DNA from: an uncultured Gammaproteobacteria bacterium
Lineage (GTDB): Bacteria > Patescibacteriota > Microgenomatia > UBA8517
Assembly (NCBI GenBank): GCA_964502815.1
Contig: CAZCXV010000001.1
Location: 7,907-71,906 of the forward strand
DNA length: 64,000 bases
Direction: 5' to 3'
The notes under the pieces were generated by a model. It did not search any database and was not told the DNA's origin. It saw nothing but the letters and a program-made list of their open reading frames with translations. Numbering within the stretch: position 1 is the stretch's first letter; every line of letters begins with the position of its first letter. The translations under genes were made by a program, and so were the position numbers. Below, piece after piece: positions 14,782 to 24,741 of the stretch.

Positions 14782-16002
14782 TTATTTCTTGTCTTTAGCT
14801 ATTTGTGCAATTTTTTTGACATCTTTATAAATGCTGTCATGCATCTCAACAATTGCCTTCCAATCAAATTTTTCTTTGACAAACTTTTGGCCTGCTTCCC
14901 CTATTTTTTTAGCTAGTTGTGGATTTTTAAGAAGAGAAATAGTTTTTCTTGCCAGTCCTTGCATACTATCTTCAATCAAAACATGTTTGCCATTTTCCAC
15001 TCCAAGGCCTGCAACCCCAGTAGAAGTTGAAACTGTGGGCAGTCCTGCAGCCATAGCCTCAAGAATCTTGAGTCTTGTTCCCCCTGAACCCCTAATTGGG
15101 GCAACCATGACATAGGCTCCTAAGTAAGCGTCTCTAGCCTCGGGGATATTTTCCGAAATTTCAATGTCACTTTCTCTATTGGCCATCTGCTTAATGCTTT
15201 CAGGAATCATTCTGCCAACAATCCACAATTTGGCGTGTTTGATTTCTTTGTGAACAACTGGCCAAACTTCACTAATAAGCAAATCTGCAGCCTCTCTATT
15301 TTGCATCCATTCAAAATTGGTTACCCCGTACATCACTCTTGGCGGATCGTATTTTTTCACTTCCTTTTCAGTGTAGTAAGCTGTATCTACCCCATTTGGA
15401 ATAACGCCAATTTCCTCTCCACCAACAAGTTCCTGCATAATAACTTTATCATCTGGTGAAACGGTAAAGAGTTTTGTCGCCTTTTTCCAAAAGTATATTT
15501 CCCAAAACTTGAGTTTTAAAACATCAATCATGAAAAAAGGCCTGAGGAAGGGGTTTACCTCATTTTTGACATGGTGTTCATAGACTTTATGCCAAATAGT
15601 TTGCTCTACTTGAATTGAAGGGACATCGGTCTTTGGAATATGGGGCATGACATAGAAAGCTTCGGCATGAATTAGATCATAATCCCCTTTTTCTAATTCT
15701 TTTTTAACAGCCCACCTTTCTTGAAAAGAAAAGTTGCGAATCAAAAGAAGAGGGAAGGGAGAAAAGACTGAAAGTAGGATATTCCTGGCTGTCCAAGGGG
15801 ATTTGGGACGCTTAAAAACCATTACTTTTTTACAGTATTTTTCGAGTTCTGGAATAAATCTTCTCTCAGATTCATCTTTAATAAGAGAAAAAAGGGTAAT
15901 TTTGTGCTCCTGGGAGAGAAACTTAACAATGTTGTACCACCTAGTTTGACCACCAGAGGTCTGGGTGTTAGGCAAGAATGGGACAAGCATCAGAATTTTC
16001 AT
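14782..16002 (-). CDS. Glycosyltransferase family 4
   Basis: GGTRLKILEAMAAGLPTVSTSTGVAGLGVENGKHVL. Confidence 0.85.
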   Translation of the reverse strand: MKILMLVPFLPNTQTSGGQTRWYNIVKFLSQEHKITLFSLIKDESERRFIPELEKYCKKVMVFKRPKSPWTARNILLSVFSPFPLLLIRNFSFQERWAVKKELEKGDYDLIHAEAFYVMPHIPKTDVPSIQVEQTIWHKVYEHHVKNEVNPFLRPFFMIDVLKLKFWEIYFWKKATKLFTVSPDDKVIMQELVGGEEIGVIPNGVDTAYYTEKEVKKYDPPRVMYGVTNFEWMQNREAADLLISEVWPVVHKEIKHAKLWIVGRMIPESIKQMANRESDIEISENIPEARDAYLGAYVMVAPIRGSGGTRLKILEAMAAGLPTVSTSTGVAGLGVENGKHVLIEDSMQGLARKTISLLKNPQLAKKIGEAGQKFVKEKFDWKAIVEMHDSIYKDVKKIAQIAKDKK

Positions 16003-16059
16003 GATTACCTTTAGTATAGCAAACAGAAGGCGATTTTCTGTGCTAAAATTTCAAACACT

Positions 16060-16341
16060 ATGTTATTTGAAAGACTGAAAGACCATATTGAAGAATTAAG
16101 ACAGATTAAGGAAAAATTGTATAAAAGCGGCAGAATTGATGTGAAACACCCTCTTTATGAAAAAAATTCCTACGTCTACATTAAATTGTTAAATGCCACA
16201 GATATGAGAGATGTCGTTGATGCCGGGATCTTAGAAGGGTTGGATCCTGATAAATTCATTACCGAGATTATAAAGAAAACCGGAAGATCAACCATAGAAT
16301 CCTTCGCCCAATACCCAGAGGAGTATGATTATGGCTACTAA
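16060..16341 (+). CDS. Hypothetical 93-aa soluble protein (plus-strand orphan inside minus-strand cluster)
   Basis: Intergenic ORF that does not overlap its neighbours. No recognisable domain. Confidence 0.4.
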   Translation: MLFERLKDHIEELRQIKEKLYKSGRIDVKHPLYEKNSYVYIKLLNATDMRDVVDAGILEGLDPDKFITEIIKKTGRSTIESFAQYPEEYDYGY

Positions 16342-16358
16342 AGTTCCTGCAAGGTAGC

Positions 16359-17900
16359 CTATTCTCGGGAAACTGGAAGATGTAAATCAATAACTATATA
16401 TTTATCGGTTTTTTCTATTGTTTTATATTTCTTCATTAAACTATTAGTGTCATTATCATAGTTTACCGACACATAGTAATCAGCTCCCCTGGCAATCATT
16501 TTTTCTACTGATTCATCAATCACTGGATAGCCATATCTATTTGTCTGGTAAAGAAAAGCTGTGTCCCCATTATAAGGTGCTATTATTACTGCATCCTTTG
16601 GAGTTAATCTCTGAGCTGCTTTACCTGCTTCGATTATTTCATAGTGATTTATTTTGTAATACTCTCTGGCTTGATAAAAACCCAAAAGAAGCATGAGAAA
16701 AATTACAAAGACAGATAGAAATCTAGAAATTGCCAGATTAAACTGCTTATTTGTCCAGAGTGATATCATGCCTTGAGCTAACAAGAGACATATTGAAGGG
16801 ACAATTAATATCTGGTAATAGTCATGCCTGACGCTGGCTGTTGCCACTATAGTGACATATAAAATGCTTCCAAAAAAGAAAATAATGTTAAAAAGATTAT
16901 TTTTCTTGGTCATTGCAAGACCAAGAGCAAAAGGAATAAGCCCCCAGATGCCAAGAATTAGTTTTCCAATTCTCTCGCCAAAAATCCAAAACCAAAAAGC
17001 TGGCCTGAACCTTATTTTGTCGCTATTGAAGGCCCAATCAAAATGCGGAATACCTTGGGGAAAATTATTAACCCAAATCCTCCAGGCAAAAAACGGCACA
17101 ATTGCCAAAAGGGCAAAGACAAAGATTTCAGTTTTTTTGTAAAGCCAAGCCAAACCATATTTATTTATTAGAAGATACAAAAACACAGGAGAGTAGAAAA
17201 AGACAAACGGTTTAATTAGAGTGGCCAAAGCAAAAAGAATCCCAGAAACAATTAAGGGTAGAATTTTTTCTTTGTCGATGTATCTTGAAAAGAAATACAA
17301 AGAAGACACCAAAAACATCACTCCAATTGGCTCGGGTAAAATTACCCTTGTAAAGTAAATGTTATAGGGAATAAAAAGATAGAAAAAAGAAGCCAGTATC
17401 CCTCCCCAATCATTAATGTATTTTTTACCAAGCAAATACAAAAAGAAAGCTGTGGTAAGCGCAGAAAAGATGGTCACCAATCTTCCCCAGACTGTAAAGG
17501 AATCTGCCTCAATAAAGACAACTGAAACTGGATTTTTCTTTTGTATTAGTAATAATTTGTTGAAAGAAAATTGTGGAAGTTTTTGAATATGGAAATTCTT
17601 TTCCAAAGCTGCATGAATGACATTATAAACAGGAAACTCAACCATCCTTAAACCGATCGGATTTAAAATTCCAGTTTGGATTCTTGAAACATCGTAATAT
17701 CTAGGAAGTAGGATATTTACTCCTTCATCCAGGTATATCCTTGAAACAGAGGCCGTGTCTGCTTGCCTCCAGGAGTGCCAATCGGCAATTGGGAAGTTTA
17801 TATGCCAAGTCCTTACTAAAAAACCAAATAGAAAAATAGTAATTAAGGTCGATGTCTGGAAAAACTTATTATTTATTATGTTTATCATTATTACTTCCAA
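16359..17900 (-). CDS. Polytopic membrane glycosyltransferase, GT-C fold (GT39/ArnT/PMT_2-like)
   Basis: About 12 predicted TM helices. N-terminal loop reads WHINFPIADWHSWRQADTASVSRIY, as in ArnT-like enzymes. Confidence 0.65.
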   Translation of the reverse strand: MEVIMINIINNKFFQTSTLITIFLFGFLVRTWHINFPIADWHSWRQADTASVSRIYLDEGVNILLPRYYDVSRIQTGILNPIGLRMVEFPVYNVIHAALEKNFHIQKLPQFSFNKLLLIQKKNPVSVVFIEADSFTVWGRLVTIFSALTTAFFLYLLGKKYINDWGGILASFFYLFIPYNIYFTRVILPEPIGVMFLVSSLYFFSRYIDKEKILPLIVSGILFALATLIKPFVFFYSPVFLYLLINKYGLAWLYKKTEIFVFALLAIVPFFAWRIWVNNFPQGIPHFDWAFNSDKIRFRPAFWFWIFGERIGKLILGIWGLIPFALGLAMTKKNNLFNIIFFFGSILYVTIVATASVRHDYYQILIVPSICLLLAQGMISLWTNKQFNLAISRFLSVFVIFLMLLLGFYQAREYYKINHYEIIEAGKAAQRLTPKDAVIIAPYNGDTAFLYQTNRYGYPVIDESVEKMIARGADYYVSVNYDNDTNSLMKKYKTIEKTDKYIVIDLHLPVSRE

Positions 17901-18904
17901 CCAAAAACCTCTCCCAAGTCAGCCTCCATATCCTTGACACTTGGATATCTATCGTGTGGACTAATTGCTAGAGCCTTATGTAATATATCAGAGAGTTTTT
18001 GCAGCTTTTCAGGATGAGAGTCAAAATAATTTCTGTAGTCTGAGCTTAAAGGAAATTGTCTGTCAATTCTTTCTTGAAAAATATCTCTGTGATCCTTTGC
18101 AGTTTGTCCTAACATACCAGAAAAAATATTAAATATCATAGTTCCGGTTGAATATACATCTGTTCTCGTAGAGAGATATCCATCGATTTGTTCAGGCGGA
18201 CAATACCATAAAGTAAACATCAAGCCTTCTTTTTTGATAGCATCTTCGTTACCTGGACTTGCCACCCCGAAATCTATTATCTTAACAACACCATATTTAT
18301 CAATCATTACATTTTGAGGTTTTAAATCTCCATGAATCACATTCTTTGAATTTATATAGGCAATTCCTGCCAATGCTTGTTTCAAGACGTTTCCTACTTC
18401 TTCAAAAGATCTGTTAAATACCATCCAATCAGCTAGAGTTTCTCCTTCAATCCATTCTGTAATCATGCATAATTTACCTTTACCTGTGATTGCAATATCA
18501 AAAACTTTGGCCACATTCGGGTGATTGAATCGTGCCATTATCCTAGCTTCAGCAACACTATCAATGGTCTTGTGTTGAACATACTTAGCAGCAATTCTAG
18601 TACCTGTTTTATTATCAAACATTTCCATAACACGACCTATTCCAGCTTTTGGTTCAATGCTTCCTGGAATTTGTGTATATCTTGGTTCATCGCCCAAACG
18701 AACCATTTTTACGAAGTTTTCTCTCTGTCTGTAAACGCGAGAGCCATCCGTCATATCAGTTAAAATCGTATATTTGTCAGTTGATCCATCGTTATATTTG
18801 GTTTCTGCTGTTTTCTCGGTGATATTCGAAAAATCTACAGGTTCGAGTTTAATATCATATAATCGAACTAAAGGCTTGCTAAGTATTTCTTGGTTATCAC
18901 TCAT
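17891..18904 (-). CDS. Hanks-type Ser/Thr protein kinase, soluble, non-RD (HGD catalytic loop)
   Basis: Motifs: lysine in RIAAKYV, catalytic loop VIHGDLKPQNV, DFG in IIDFGVA, CPPE (APE-like). No TM or PASTA domains. An N-terminal extension of about 80 aa. Confidence 0.85.
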   Translation of the reverse strand: MSDNQEILSKPLVRLYDIKLEPVDFSNITEKTAETKYNDGSTDKYTILTDMTDGSRVYRQRENFVKMVRLGDEPRYTQIPGSIEPKAGIGRVMEMFDNKTGTRIAAKYVQHKTIDSVAEARIMARFNHPNVAKVFDIAITGKGKLCMITEWIEGETLADWMVFNRSFEEVGNVLKQALAGIAYINSKNVIHGDLKPQNVMIDKYGVVKIIDFGVASPGNEDAIKKEGLMFTLWYCPPEQIDGYLSTRTDVYSTGTMIFNIFSGMLGQTAKDHRDIFQERIDRQFPLSSDYRNYFDSHPEKLQKLSDILHKALAISPHDRYPSVKDMEADLGEVFGWK

Positions 18905-20312
18905 TTACTATCTTCCTCCTTACAATGCTTATAACAAAACCAAGCAACAGCCAAAAGCTAATTGCAAATTTGCTGGCTTCAAAAATATCAATAAACACTG
19001 CATTGACAAGTGTTCCTGCAATTGCTCCAATCATCCCCAAAATAAAGATGGTTTCCAAAGTTAAAGTATCTAGTTTTTGTTTGAAATTTAATAGCCCTTT
19101 TTGTCTTATAAATCCAAACAGTTCAATAAATAACCTTACAAATATTAGTGAAAAGGCCAACAATCCAAATATCCCCAATTCCCCCATCAGTCTTAAATAG
19201 TCATTGTCGGTAGCTAGGGTTATGGAAGAATAGCCGGTTCCAAGAATTGGGTTTTTAGTAAAAGCCCTAATTGCCCTTGGCCACTCAACATTAAATCTAA
19301 TTGATGAAGATCTGTCCTCTGCAGCTAAAACTTTTCCTAAAGGACTGGCTGCATAGACTACAAAAGCATTTTCCATTTCGTAGCTAATCTTTTCCTTAAC
19401 CACTTGAAAAATCATTTGGTATCTGGAAAGCAAATTTCCGGAAAAGATACTAAAGACAAAAACTACTAGAACCAAAACTGGGATTACCCAGTATTTACGC
19501 ATTAACAATAAAGAGGTTGTAATAGCCATGACAAAAGAAACAATTGAGATTCTGGATGCTGTATAAACAAGAAGCCAAAAGCATTGGAAGAGGATCAGCA
19601 AAAAAATTGCCCTAGCAGTTTTTCTGCTTGACACAATATTAATTTCATCCAAAGCCTTGTTCGACAAAACCAGACCTACAAATATTGGGGCGACTAGAAT
19701 TAAAAATGACGCTAAATCATAGTGACCTGCAAAAGTAGACACCAAATGACCAGAAACAGTGTAGTATAGCGCTCTGCCTTTGGCATATTCTTCATTTTGG
19801 GTAGTCACAATCGGAAGAGAGAAATACTTTTGGCCTATGCCATATAAAAAGACAAAGAAGATGACTACCATTATTATTTTCAAGAAAAAGCTCAAGTTTT
19901 CTTTTTTCTTAACGGCTGCAAGGCCAATGAAAAAGGGAATCATATATTGAATTCTTCTAGCCCAATGCAGGAAACCAATATGCCAATCAACTGTGGCAGT
20001 CAAAAAAACTGCCGAAACAGTTGACACTAACCCAACCAACCAAAAAAGGGAAATAGTTGTAAAAAACTTGTCCTTAAAAAGCTTTCTAATATTTGGCAGG
20101 ATATATATTAGCCAGACAAACAAGGAGATAAGCAAAACAAAATCCTCAAGCCTAATAGATACATAAGTGCCAGGAATTCTGATAAATGGGAATTTGGGAT
20201 ATAAAGGCACCGCCAGAAGTATGGTTGCGGCAAAATACTTGAGCAGTCCTTCTGCTTTGTCAGACAATTTTTTTGGAACTAGTTTTTCAAGCCTCACGAA
20301 AAGCTTTTGCAT
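18897..20312 (-). CDS. O-antigen ligase / Wzy-like polymerase family membrane protein
   Basis: About 10-12 TM helices. Wzy_C-like periplasmic loop WPRAIRAFTKNPILGTGYSSITLATDNDYLRLMGELGIFG. Confidence 0.8.
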   Translation of the reverse strand: MQKLFVRLEKLVPKKLSDKAEGLLKYFAATILLAVPLYPKFPFIRIPGTYVSIRLEDFVLLISLFVWLIYILPNIRKLFKDKFFTTISLFWLVGLVSTVSAVFLTATVDWHIGFLHWARRIQYMIPFFIGLAAVKKKENLSFFLKIIMVVIFFVFLYGIGQKYFSLPIVTTQNEEYAKGRALYYTVSGHLVSTFAGHYDLASFLILVAPIFVGLVLSNKALDEINIVSSRKTARAIFLLILFQCFWLLVYTASRISIVSFVMAITTSLLLMRKYWVIPVLVLVVFVFSIFSGNLLSRYQMIFQVVKEKISYEMENAFVVYAASPLGKVLAAEDRSSSIRFNVEWPRAIRAFTKNPILGTGYSSITLATDNDYLRLMGELGIFGLLAFSLIFVRLFIELFGFIRQKGLLNFKQKLDTLTLETIFILGMIGAIAGTLVNAVFIDIFEASKFAISFWLLLGFVISIVRRKIVNE

Positions 20313-21219
20313 AGATATTAAAAGCCTCCTTTCCTTCTAGTATACCCAAGACCAGCATTCTGCCCAAGGCGCCAAGCTTCAAAAAAAATCTCAAGACAGG
20401 AAATTGCCAACCAGGGTAGTGTTTTTTGTAAAAGAGCTTAATGCTTTGATATTCTGAAAGAAGCGGAAACTCCCGAGATTTACTTGAGGCTCCCCCAAGG
20501 TGAGTAATTTGCCAATTTGGTAGATATACTATTATGTAGCCTTTTTCGCGAATTTTAAAGCATAAATCCACGTCTTCAGTGTACATGAAGTAATCTTCAC
20601 TCCAACCACCAACTTCGTCGATGATTTCTTTTCTGACAAAAATGAAGGCGCCGATTAGCCAGTCAAGATATTGAGTGTGTGTGAAAAAGTTTTCATTGTT
20701 AGCTAATGACTTTCTTTTTAGAGGGTGAAAAGGCTTTATTAGAGTGTCCACAAAAGGTAAATCTTGAATAGTCATCCAAGAAAACACTCTTGGAAGGGTA
20801 GGAAAATATCCCCCTGTTTCCTGCACTTGGCCATCTTTGCCAATAATCTTAACTGAACTAGCTCCGATATCTTTATTGTCATCCATCCAGTTGGTCAGCT
20901 CGCCAATGACATTTGAACTAACAACAGTATCGCTATTCAAAAAAAGCACATATCTGCCTTTGGAAACCTTTGTCCCTTGGTTATTGCCAGCTGCAAAACC
21001 AGGATTTGTTTTATTTTCTATTATTCTTAAGCCGGGAAATTTGGCATTGATTTTTTTGATTGCCTCAACCGAGCCATCTTGTGAGTTGTTGTCTACTACT
21101 ACTATTTCACAGTTAATGCCCTCAGTATTTTTAATTACTGAAGTCAAGCAATCAATAGTAATGTCTTTTGTGTTAAAGCTGATAATTACAATAGAAACAT
21201 CCACTAGTTTGTTTTCCAT
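20287..21219 (-). CDS. Glycosyltransferase family 2
   Basis: VSIVIISFNTKDITIDCLTSV...VVVDNNSQDGS. Confidence 0.85.
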   Translation of the reverse strand: MENKLVDVSIVIISFNTKDITIDCLTSVIKNTEGINCEIVVVDNNSQDGSVEAIKKINAKFPGLRIIENKTNPGFAAGNNQGTKVSKGRYVLFLNSDTVVSSNVIGELTNWMDDNKDIGASSVKIIGKDGQVQETGGYFPTLPRVFSWMTIQDLPFVDTLIKPFHPLKRKSLANNENFFTHTQYLDWLIGAFIFVRKEIIDEVGGWSEDYFMYTEDVDLCFKIREKGYIIVYLPNWQITHLGGASSKSREFPLLSEYQSIKLFYKKHYPGWQFPVLRFFLKLGALGRMLVLGILEGKEAFNIYAKAFREA

Positions 21220-21746
21220 TTAAAGGCCCTTCCTAGATCTGGGAGCACTAAAAACCAGGCTTCAATTAGCTTCCAGCCAACAATTAAAGTTAAAATTCCA
21301 ACTGTTAGCCTAACTGGTAGACTTGAAGGAATATATTTAATAGTAATCTTTTCTTCGTAGTGGACTCCCTTGTACCAAATATCATCTTTGGGAACCATTG
21401 GAATAAAACCGTTTATAAAGAGAGATTCACGGAAGGGATGGACTAATTCTTGCAGGTACCTGCTTCTGGTTTGATCGCGAATTAGAGTTTGGGCATCTTC
21501 TGGGGGATAATTTAGAACCAATGACTTTCTACTAAATTGATTTAAGTAGTGGTCAATTACCTGTTCTCTAGTGTAATTAGTAAAATAGGCTCTTTTTAAG
21601 GGTGTTTCAATGTCTGCATCTTCCATAGATTGAAATGCATCAGGGGGTGGAACTGGAAACTTAGGAGAATGAAGGCAAAGATAGATCAAGAAAAATATTG
21701 AGCCGATTAGATACAAAACAAGAAATATTTTCTTCCCCAAAGTCAT
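21204..21746 (-). CDS. Hypothetical membrane protein (N- and C-terminal TM helices)
   Basis: 180 aa. Hydrophobic termini, no family recognised. Overlaps the upstream GT2 by 16 bp, which implies an operon. Confidence 0.5.
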   Translation of the reverse strand: MTLGKKIFLVLYLIGSIFFLIYLCLHSPKFPVPPPDAFQSMEDADIETPLKRAYFTNYTREQVIDHYLNQFSRKSLVLNYPPEDAQTLIRDQTRSRYLQELVHPFRESLFINGFIPMVPKDDIWYKGVHYEEKITIKYIPSSLPVRLTVGILTLIVGWKLIEAWFLVLPDLGRAFKWKTN

Positions 21747-21810
21747 AGCTAAATTATACTACAACTTCTGAATTTAACTTTTTGATTATTTTAGAATATA
21801 ATAGCTTTCC

Positions 21811-22905
21811 ATGAGTAGAGAAATTGACCGAGCCATCGAAGAAAGTGGTCAACCACTAAACTATATTGAATATGAAGCTGGCGGGTTTAAACATCAGACT
21901 TTTTATATAAAGGGGGGATTGCCAAAAGAAGTTTATAACGAGCTTATTGCAAAACTAACTACACCTTCAAAACAACAAATCGATAAATACAAAAAAATAG
22001 GTACTGAGTTCGACTTCTTTGACGACAATCCTCCTGTTGCTGACAGAATGGCATATGAAGCATCAGGGACAATAGAGATTCATTATCATCTTGATGACGG
22101 CACAGTATATACAATTGACACAAGAAACAATTTAATCTCCATAAAGATATCAGACTCTGGATTTGTCACTACACACTTAGCGAGATTAACTTATGAACCC
22201 AGAACCGGATTTCTTCTATATGTGACATTAGGTCAAGATGAAGACCTAGATATTGATGCGATACTAGATGAAGAGTTTGAGATGGAAAAGGAATACATAA
22301 TCACAAACCCTCAAGCATTACAAAGTGCATTAGATGCAGCCATAGAGCTTGGTATTACAACTCCAGATGAAGTCAATAGGATTCAAAATTTGATTACTAC
22401 AGAAAGAGTATTTCTGTTAAACGATATTTTAGATATAGTTTTGAAAGAATATGAAGCAGAAAGATTTCTTGGGGAGGATTTATCTTCTGAAGCCCAGGAA
22501 GTAGGAGCAGAAAGAGCAGACAAATACAGAGTTGGCCAAAACCATATGGCTACTTTAACGATAAATCTCACTGGTGGTGGATTGACCCTAGAGTTCTATC
22601 AAGATTACAACAGCTATCTTGGTGATCCAAGAGATGAGATGGTAAGCAAACCAGACAAAATAGAAAACATAGACCTAACAGGTGGTGAATATAATTATTT
22701 CGGAGATAAATACACAGTTTACCTAAATCCAAATAAAACCATATCGTTTGGCGTTGAAAGAGAAAACGGAAACAAAAAGACTTTAACTTTCCCAATAGAA
22801 ATTCCTAAAGATCAACATAGAAAACTAAAAGACCTAAATTCTTTTGACTGGCTAAATTTAAAGTGGCCACATAAAATTAACTTAAGCAAAAATTTTAGTT
22901 CTTAA
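21811..22905 (+). CDS. Hypothetical acidic soluble protein, 364 aa (plus-strand orphan)
   Basis: Long ORF divergent from the flanking minus-strand genes. No TM or signal peptide, and no motif I recognise. Confidence 0.55.
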   Translation: MSREIDRAIEESGQPLNYIEYEAGGFKHQTFYIKGGLPKEVYNELIAKLTTPSKQQIDKYKKIGTEFDFFDDNPPVADRMAYEASGTIEIHYHLDDGTVYTIDTRNNLISIKISDSGFVTTHLARLTYEPRTGFLLYVTLGQDEDLDIDAILDEEFEMEKEYIITNPQALQSALDAAIELGITTPDEVNRIQNLITTERVFLLNDILDIVLKEYEAERFLGEDLSSEAQEVGAERADKYRVGQNHMATLTINLTGGGLTLEFYQDYNSYLGDPRDEMVSKPDKIENIDLTGGEYNYFGDKYTVYLNPNKTISFGVERENGNKKTLTFPIEIPKDQHRKLKDLNSFDWLNLKWPHKINLSKNFSS

Positions 22906-22917
22906 GCCAATTTTGAC

Positions 22918-23559
22918 TTATTGGAATAATCTTGCTCTTCCAAGTTTGTAGTGAAGGTCATTTAATTTTCTTTCCCCAATTTCTTTTGCTGGAACCCCGC
23001 CAACCATTTTAAAGTCTGGTACATTTTTTGTTACCACTGCCCCTGCTGCAACTATTGCCCCTTTGCCAATTCTTACTCCTGGAAGGATAATGCTTCTTGG
23101 CCCAAGAAACACATAGTCGCCAATTTCAACTGCTGCAGTTATTGCTTTAAAGGCTGCATCGTTCATGTCGTGTTCGGAGTTATAGATTAAAACCTGGGAG
23201 GCAATATCTACATGACTTCCTATAATTAGGTTGTCCCGGCCATCCAAAAAGACATTGTCGCCTACCATTGTATCTTGTCCAATTATTACTCCACTTGGGT
23301 CAAAGAATTTCGTCCCCATATGAATGGTTGTTCCTTTACCTATCTTTACTCCCGCCATTTGAAACACAATTTTTCGAAGTGGCCAGATGGCAACAGTATT
23401 ACTTACTAGGTGAATTACAAAAAGCTTAAAGTCTAAGTACCAATTATAAAATCTGACAAAGGCTTTCTTGAAGGCCACGGACAAAGAAAGCTCCCCGCCA
23501 TGTTTATCAGTAAAGACTATTCCCTTTTTGGTGAGATGAATATTTTCGGCGTATAACAT
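22918..23559 (-). CDS. Hexapeptide-repeat (LbH) sugar O-acetyltransferase, WcaF/WbbJ-like
   Basis: GDNVFLDGRDNLIIGSHVDIASQVLIYNSEHDMND...IGDYVFLGPRSIILPGVRIGKGAIVAAGAVV hexapeptide repeats. Confidence 0.8.
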   Translation of the reverse strand: MLYAENIHLTKKGIVFTDKHGGELSLSVAFKKAFVRFYNWYLDFKLFVIHLVSNTVAIWPLRKIVFQMAGVKIGKGTTIHMGTKFFDPSGVIIGQDTMVGDNVFLDGRDNLIIGSHVDIASQVLIYNSEHDMNDAAFKAITAAVEIGDYVFLGPRSIILPGVRIGKGAIVAAGAVVTKNVPDFKMVGGVPAKEIGERKLNDLHYKLGRARLFQ

Positions 23560-23563
23560 TTTT

Positions 23564-24697
23564 TTACTTAACAGCTTTCTCTAATACTTCCAAAGTTCTC
23601 TTGGCTGTTTCCTGCCAAGAGAATTTACTTGCTTGCTGCAGTCCTTTTTTGACTAACTCATTATAGTCTTTTTCACTTAAAGACAAAACTTTTTCGATGC
23701 CAGCAGCTATAGATTTTGTCTGGTAGGGATCCACTAAAATTCCTGCTTTACCTACAACTTCTGGCAAACTTCCTTGATCTGAAACCACTACTGGAACACC
23801 TACTGCCATTGCGTTTAATGCATCAATACCAAAGCCTTCCCAGAAAGATGGGAGGACAAAAAGCTTTGAGCCTGCAATCAAGTATGGCTTATCTTTTTCC
23901 GCAACGTAGTCCGTAAAAATAATACTCTCTTCCAGTGAAAAGTCCCGAACTTTGCGGAAAATCTCCTCATACAGCCAACCCTTCTTCCCTGCAATGACCA
24001 GCTTTAAGTCTGGATGACCTTTTACCGCCTCTTTCCAAGCACTTACTAGTCCTTCAACATTCTTACTTGGTTTTAAAGTACTAAGGAAAAGGATGTATTC
24101 ACCTGTTATGCCATACTTCTTGACTACCTGTCTTATGATGTCTTTGGACAGATGATGATTGAACAACTTGGGGTCATATGCCAAGGGTGTCACTACAACT
24201 TTATCTTTAGTAAAAGGGTAGTGAGTGATAATTTCTTGTTTTGTGCTTTGCGAGATGGCAAAAATATATTTTGCGACCAACATCGAGTAAGCACTCCAAA
24301 GAGTTAACTGCCAAAAGTCATATTTTTTCAGATGTTCCGAAAACTTGAGGTAACCAAGATCCATGATTGCGCATACCCGAGGCTGTGGAGCCAATAGGGG
24401 AACATAATGGCTGGGTTCAAAAAATACATCCGGCTTGTCGTTCTCAAAAAAGAGAGTTGGCATGAGTTTGGTGATAATCCAAAGACCACCACCACCGAGG
24501 ACTTTATAGTGCCAGTTGGTTTTTTCTTGCGGCAAGTCTTTATTGGGTGCATTTTTTAGGTAGATGACGTACTTTTTACTGTCATCTTCCAATTCATACA
24601 AACCCCACAACAGTTCTAAGGCATAAGTATTCACCCCTACCCTATTTTCCGCATTTGCTTCATTGCCATCTATCCCTATAGTTATGTTTTTAGTCAT
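23564..24697 (-). CDS. Glycosyltransferase family 4
   Basis: FWEGFGIDALNAMAVGVPVVVSDQGSLPEVVGKAGILVDP. Confidence 0.85.
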   Translation of the reverse strand: MTKNITIGIDGNEANAENRVGVNTYALELLWGLYELEDDSKKYVIYLKNAPNKDLPQEKTNWHYKVLGGGGLWIITKLMPTLFFENDKPDVFFEPSHYVPLLAPQPRVCAIMDLGYLKFSEHLKKYDFWQLTLWSAYSMLVAKYIFAISQSTKQEIITHYPFTKDKVVVTPLAYDPKLFNHHLSKDIIRQVVKKYGITGEYILFLSTLKPSKNVEGLVSAWKEAVKGHPDLKLVIAGKKGWLYEEIFRKVRDFSLEESIIFTDYVAEKDKPYLIAGSKLFVLPSFWEGFGIDALNAMAVGVPVVVSDQGSLPEVVGKAGILVDPYQTKSIAAGIEKVLSLSEKDYNELVKKGLQQASKFSWQETAKRTLEVLEKAVK

Positions 24698-24741
24698 TTT
24701 TGAATTTTACCTTAGAAAACTTATGTACCCAAAACAAATAT

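Noticed and set aside
20381-20390. Homopolymeric A8/T8 runs inside GT genes (e.g. 20381-20390, 47233-47240, about 54785) as possible slipped-strand phase-variation switches
   Set aside because: Tracts of 8 are at background frequency for a genome this AT-rich and are not positioned near 5' ends. There is no evidence of frame disruption.
21452-21463. 12-bp perfect palindrome GCAGGTACCTGC sharing GCAGG with the 23-bp element
   Set aside because: About 15 perfect 12-bp palindromes are expected by chance in 64 kb. There is no second copy, and the arms differ from the CCTGCAGGGT family.
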